From positions 1 through 31,093 of the forward strand of contig CBFFRP010000160.1 in the NCBI GenBank assembly GCA_965644295.1: DNA of 31,093 nt. Reading direction: 5' to 3'. Under the pieces are notes generated by a model, which was given only the letters and a program-made list of their open reading frames with translations, searched no databases and was not told the DNA's origin. Shown here one piece after another: positions 30,153 to 31,093 of this stretch. The position numbers and the translations under genes are program-made. Positions within the stretch are counted from its first letter, which is position 1; each line of letters opens with the position of its first letter. The stretch is from Paraphysomonas bandaiensis. Its lineage: Eukaryota; Protista; Chrysophyceae.

Positions 30153-30558
30153 GCTTATTCATCAACATCTTATTTTAAATTATATTTAGCTGACAAAAAG
30201 CATAAAAACTGATCTGTTAATTGTTTTAGGTGTGATGACTGTACATATCCTACACCGTATTGTCATCATACACCGTATAATGGTATACCGTTACCCTACT
30301 GTAGCTGGCTGTCTACACTGTATATATCCTGTATACTATACATCCACAGTATAGTGCAATATACAGCAGTATACTATCAAACCAAGCTTTCACTCCAATG
30401 ACAGCCAACCTCCTATACGGGGATGACAACACACCCTCCTATGTTCAGTCCAACGCCTGATCTCCTTATCGTCCATAAAATATGAACCTATAAATAAATA
30501 TTAAATACCGTGACCTCGATCGGCTATTGCTCGACTAAGTCACAACCGCCCCCCCATA

Positions 30559-31093
30559 ATGCTCTGTGTCATAGGCTTAAACCCAAATGATACGCAGGCC
30601 TTTGCCTATAGACAACAAAAAGTGCTCTGTGTCATAGGCTAAAACCCAAATGATACGCAGGCAATTGTCTATAGACAGAATAAAAGAATGCTCTGTGTCA
30701 TAGGCTTAAACCCAAATGATACGCAGGCCTTTGCCTATAGACAACAAAAAGTGCTCTGTGTCATAGGCTAAAACCCAAATGATACGCAGGCAATTGTCTA
30801 TAGACAGAATAAAAGAATGCTCTGTGTCATAGGCTTAAACCCAAATGATACGCAGGCCTTTGCCTATAGACAACAAAAAGTGCTCTGTGTCATAGGCTAA
30901 AACCCAAATGATACGCAGGCAATTGTCTATAGACAGAATAAAAGAATGCTCTGTGTCATAGGCTTAAACCCAAATGATACGCAGGCCTTTGCCTATAGAC
31001 AACAAAAAGTGCTCTGTGTCATAGGCTAAAACCCAAATGATACGCAGGCAATTGTCTATAGACAGAATAAAAGAATGCTCTGTGTCATAGGCT
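30559..31093. repeat. Tandem array of alternating 63/66-bp units (129-bp dimer), running off the window
   Basis: TGCTCTGTG starts at 30560, 30623, 30689, 30752, 30818, 30881, 30947, 31010 and 31076. Confidence 0.97.

Noticed and set aside
30559-31093. Telomeric repeat (TAAACCC) or hammerhead/twister ribozyme array
   Set aside because: There is at most one TAAACCC-like word per unit, and the catalytic core consensus sequences (e.g. CUGAUGA...GAAA) were not found on either strand.

Overview
Eukaryotic, AT-rich, transposon-dense DNA with spliceosomal introns; a protist such as a stramenopile is my inference only. From left to right: (1) the 3' end of gag plus PR-RT-RNaseH-IN of a Ty3/Gypsy element, whose integrase is fused in frame near 3215-3225 to the C-terminal RT-RNaseH, 3' UTR, PPT and 3' LTR of a Ty1/Copia element (Copia-A). 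(2) An intact, apparently very young Copia element (Copia-B, 4911-10442; 319-bp LTRs, CGTAG TSD, single 1588-aa ORF), inserted 23 bp from Copia-A into what looks like an inverted LTR of a related family. (3) A 4-exon host MAP kinase kinase gene on the minus strand. (4) A nest: a degraded hAT element holds a minus-strand Copia (Copia-C, 16092-25304) flanked by a 165-bp direct duplication instead of a 5-bp TSD, and its gag is interrupted by a 3.5-kb TIR element carrying a ~100-bp minisatellite. (5) An intron-containing gene of unknown function with a CxxC..CxxC motif. (6) Two tandem arrays (68-bp and 63/66-bp units) whose units fold into hairpins. The most notable observations are the Gypsy-Copia chimeric ORF, the IFDN RT active site, the 165-bp duplication next to a clipped LTR end, a shared extra domain after the Copia integrases, a covarying RNA structure in the Copia 3' UTRs, and the structured dual-variable-loop 68-bp array. 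All alignments were done by eye.
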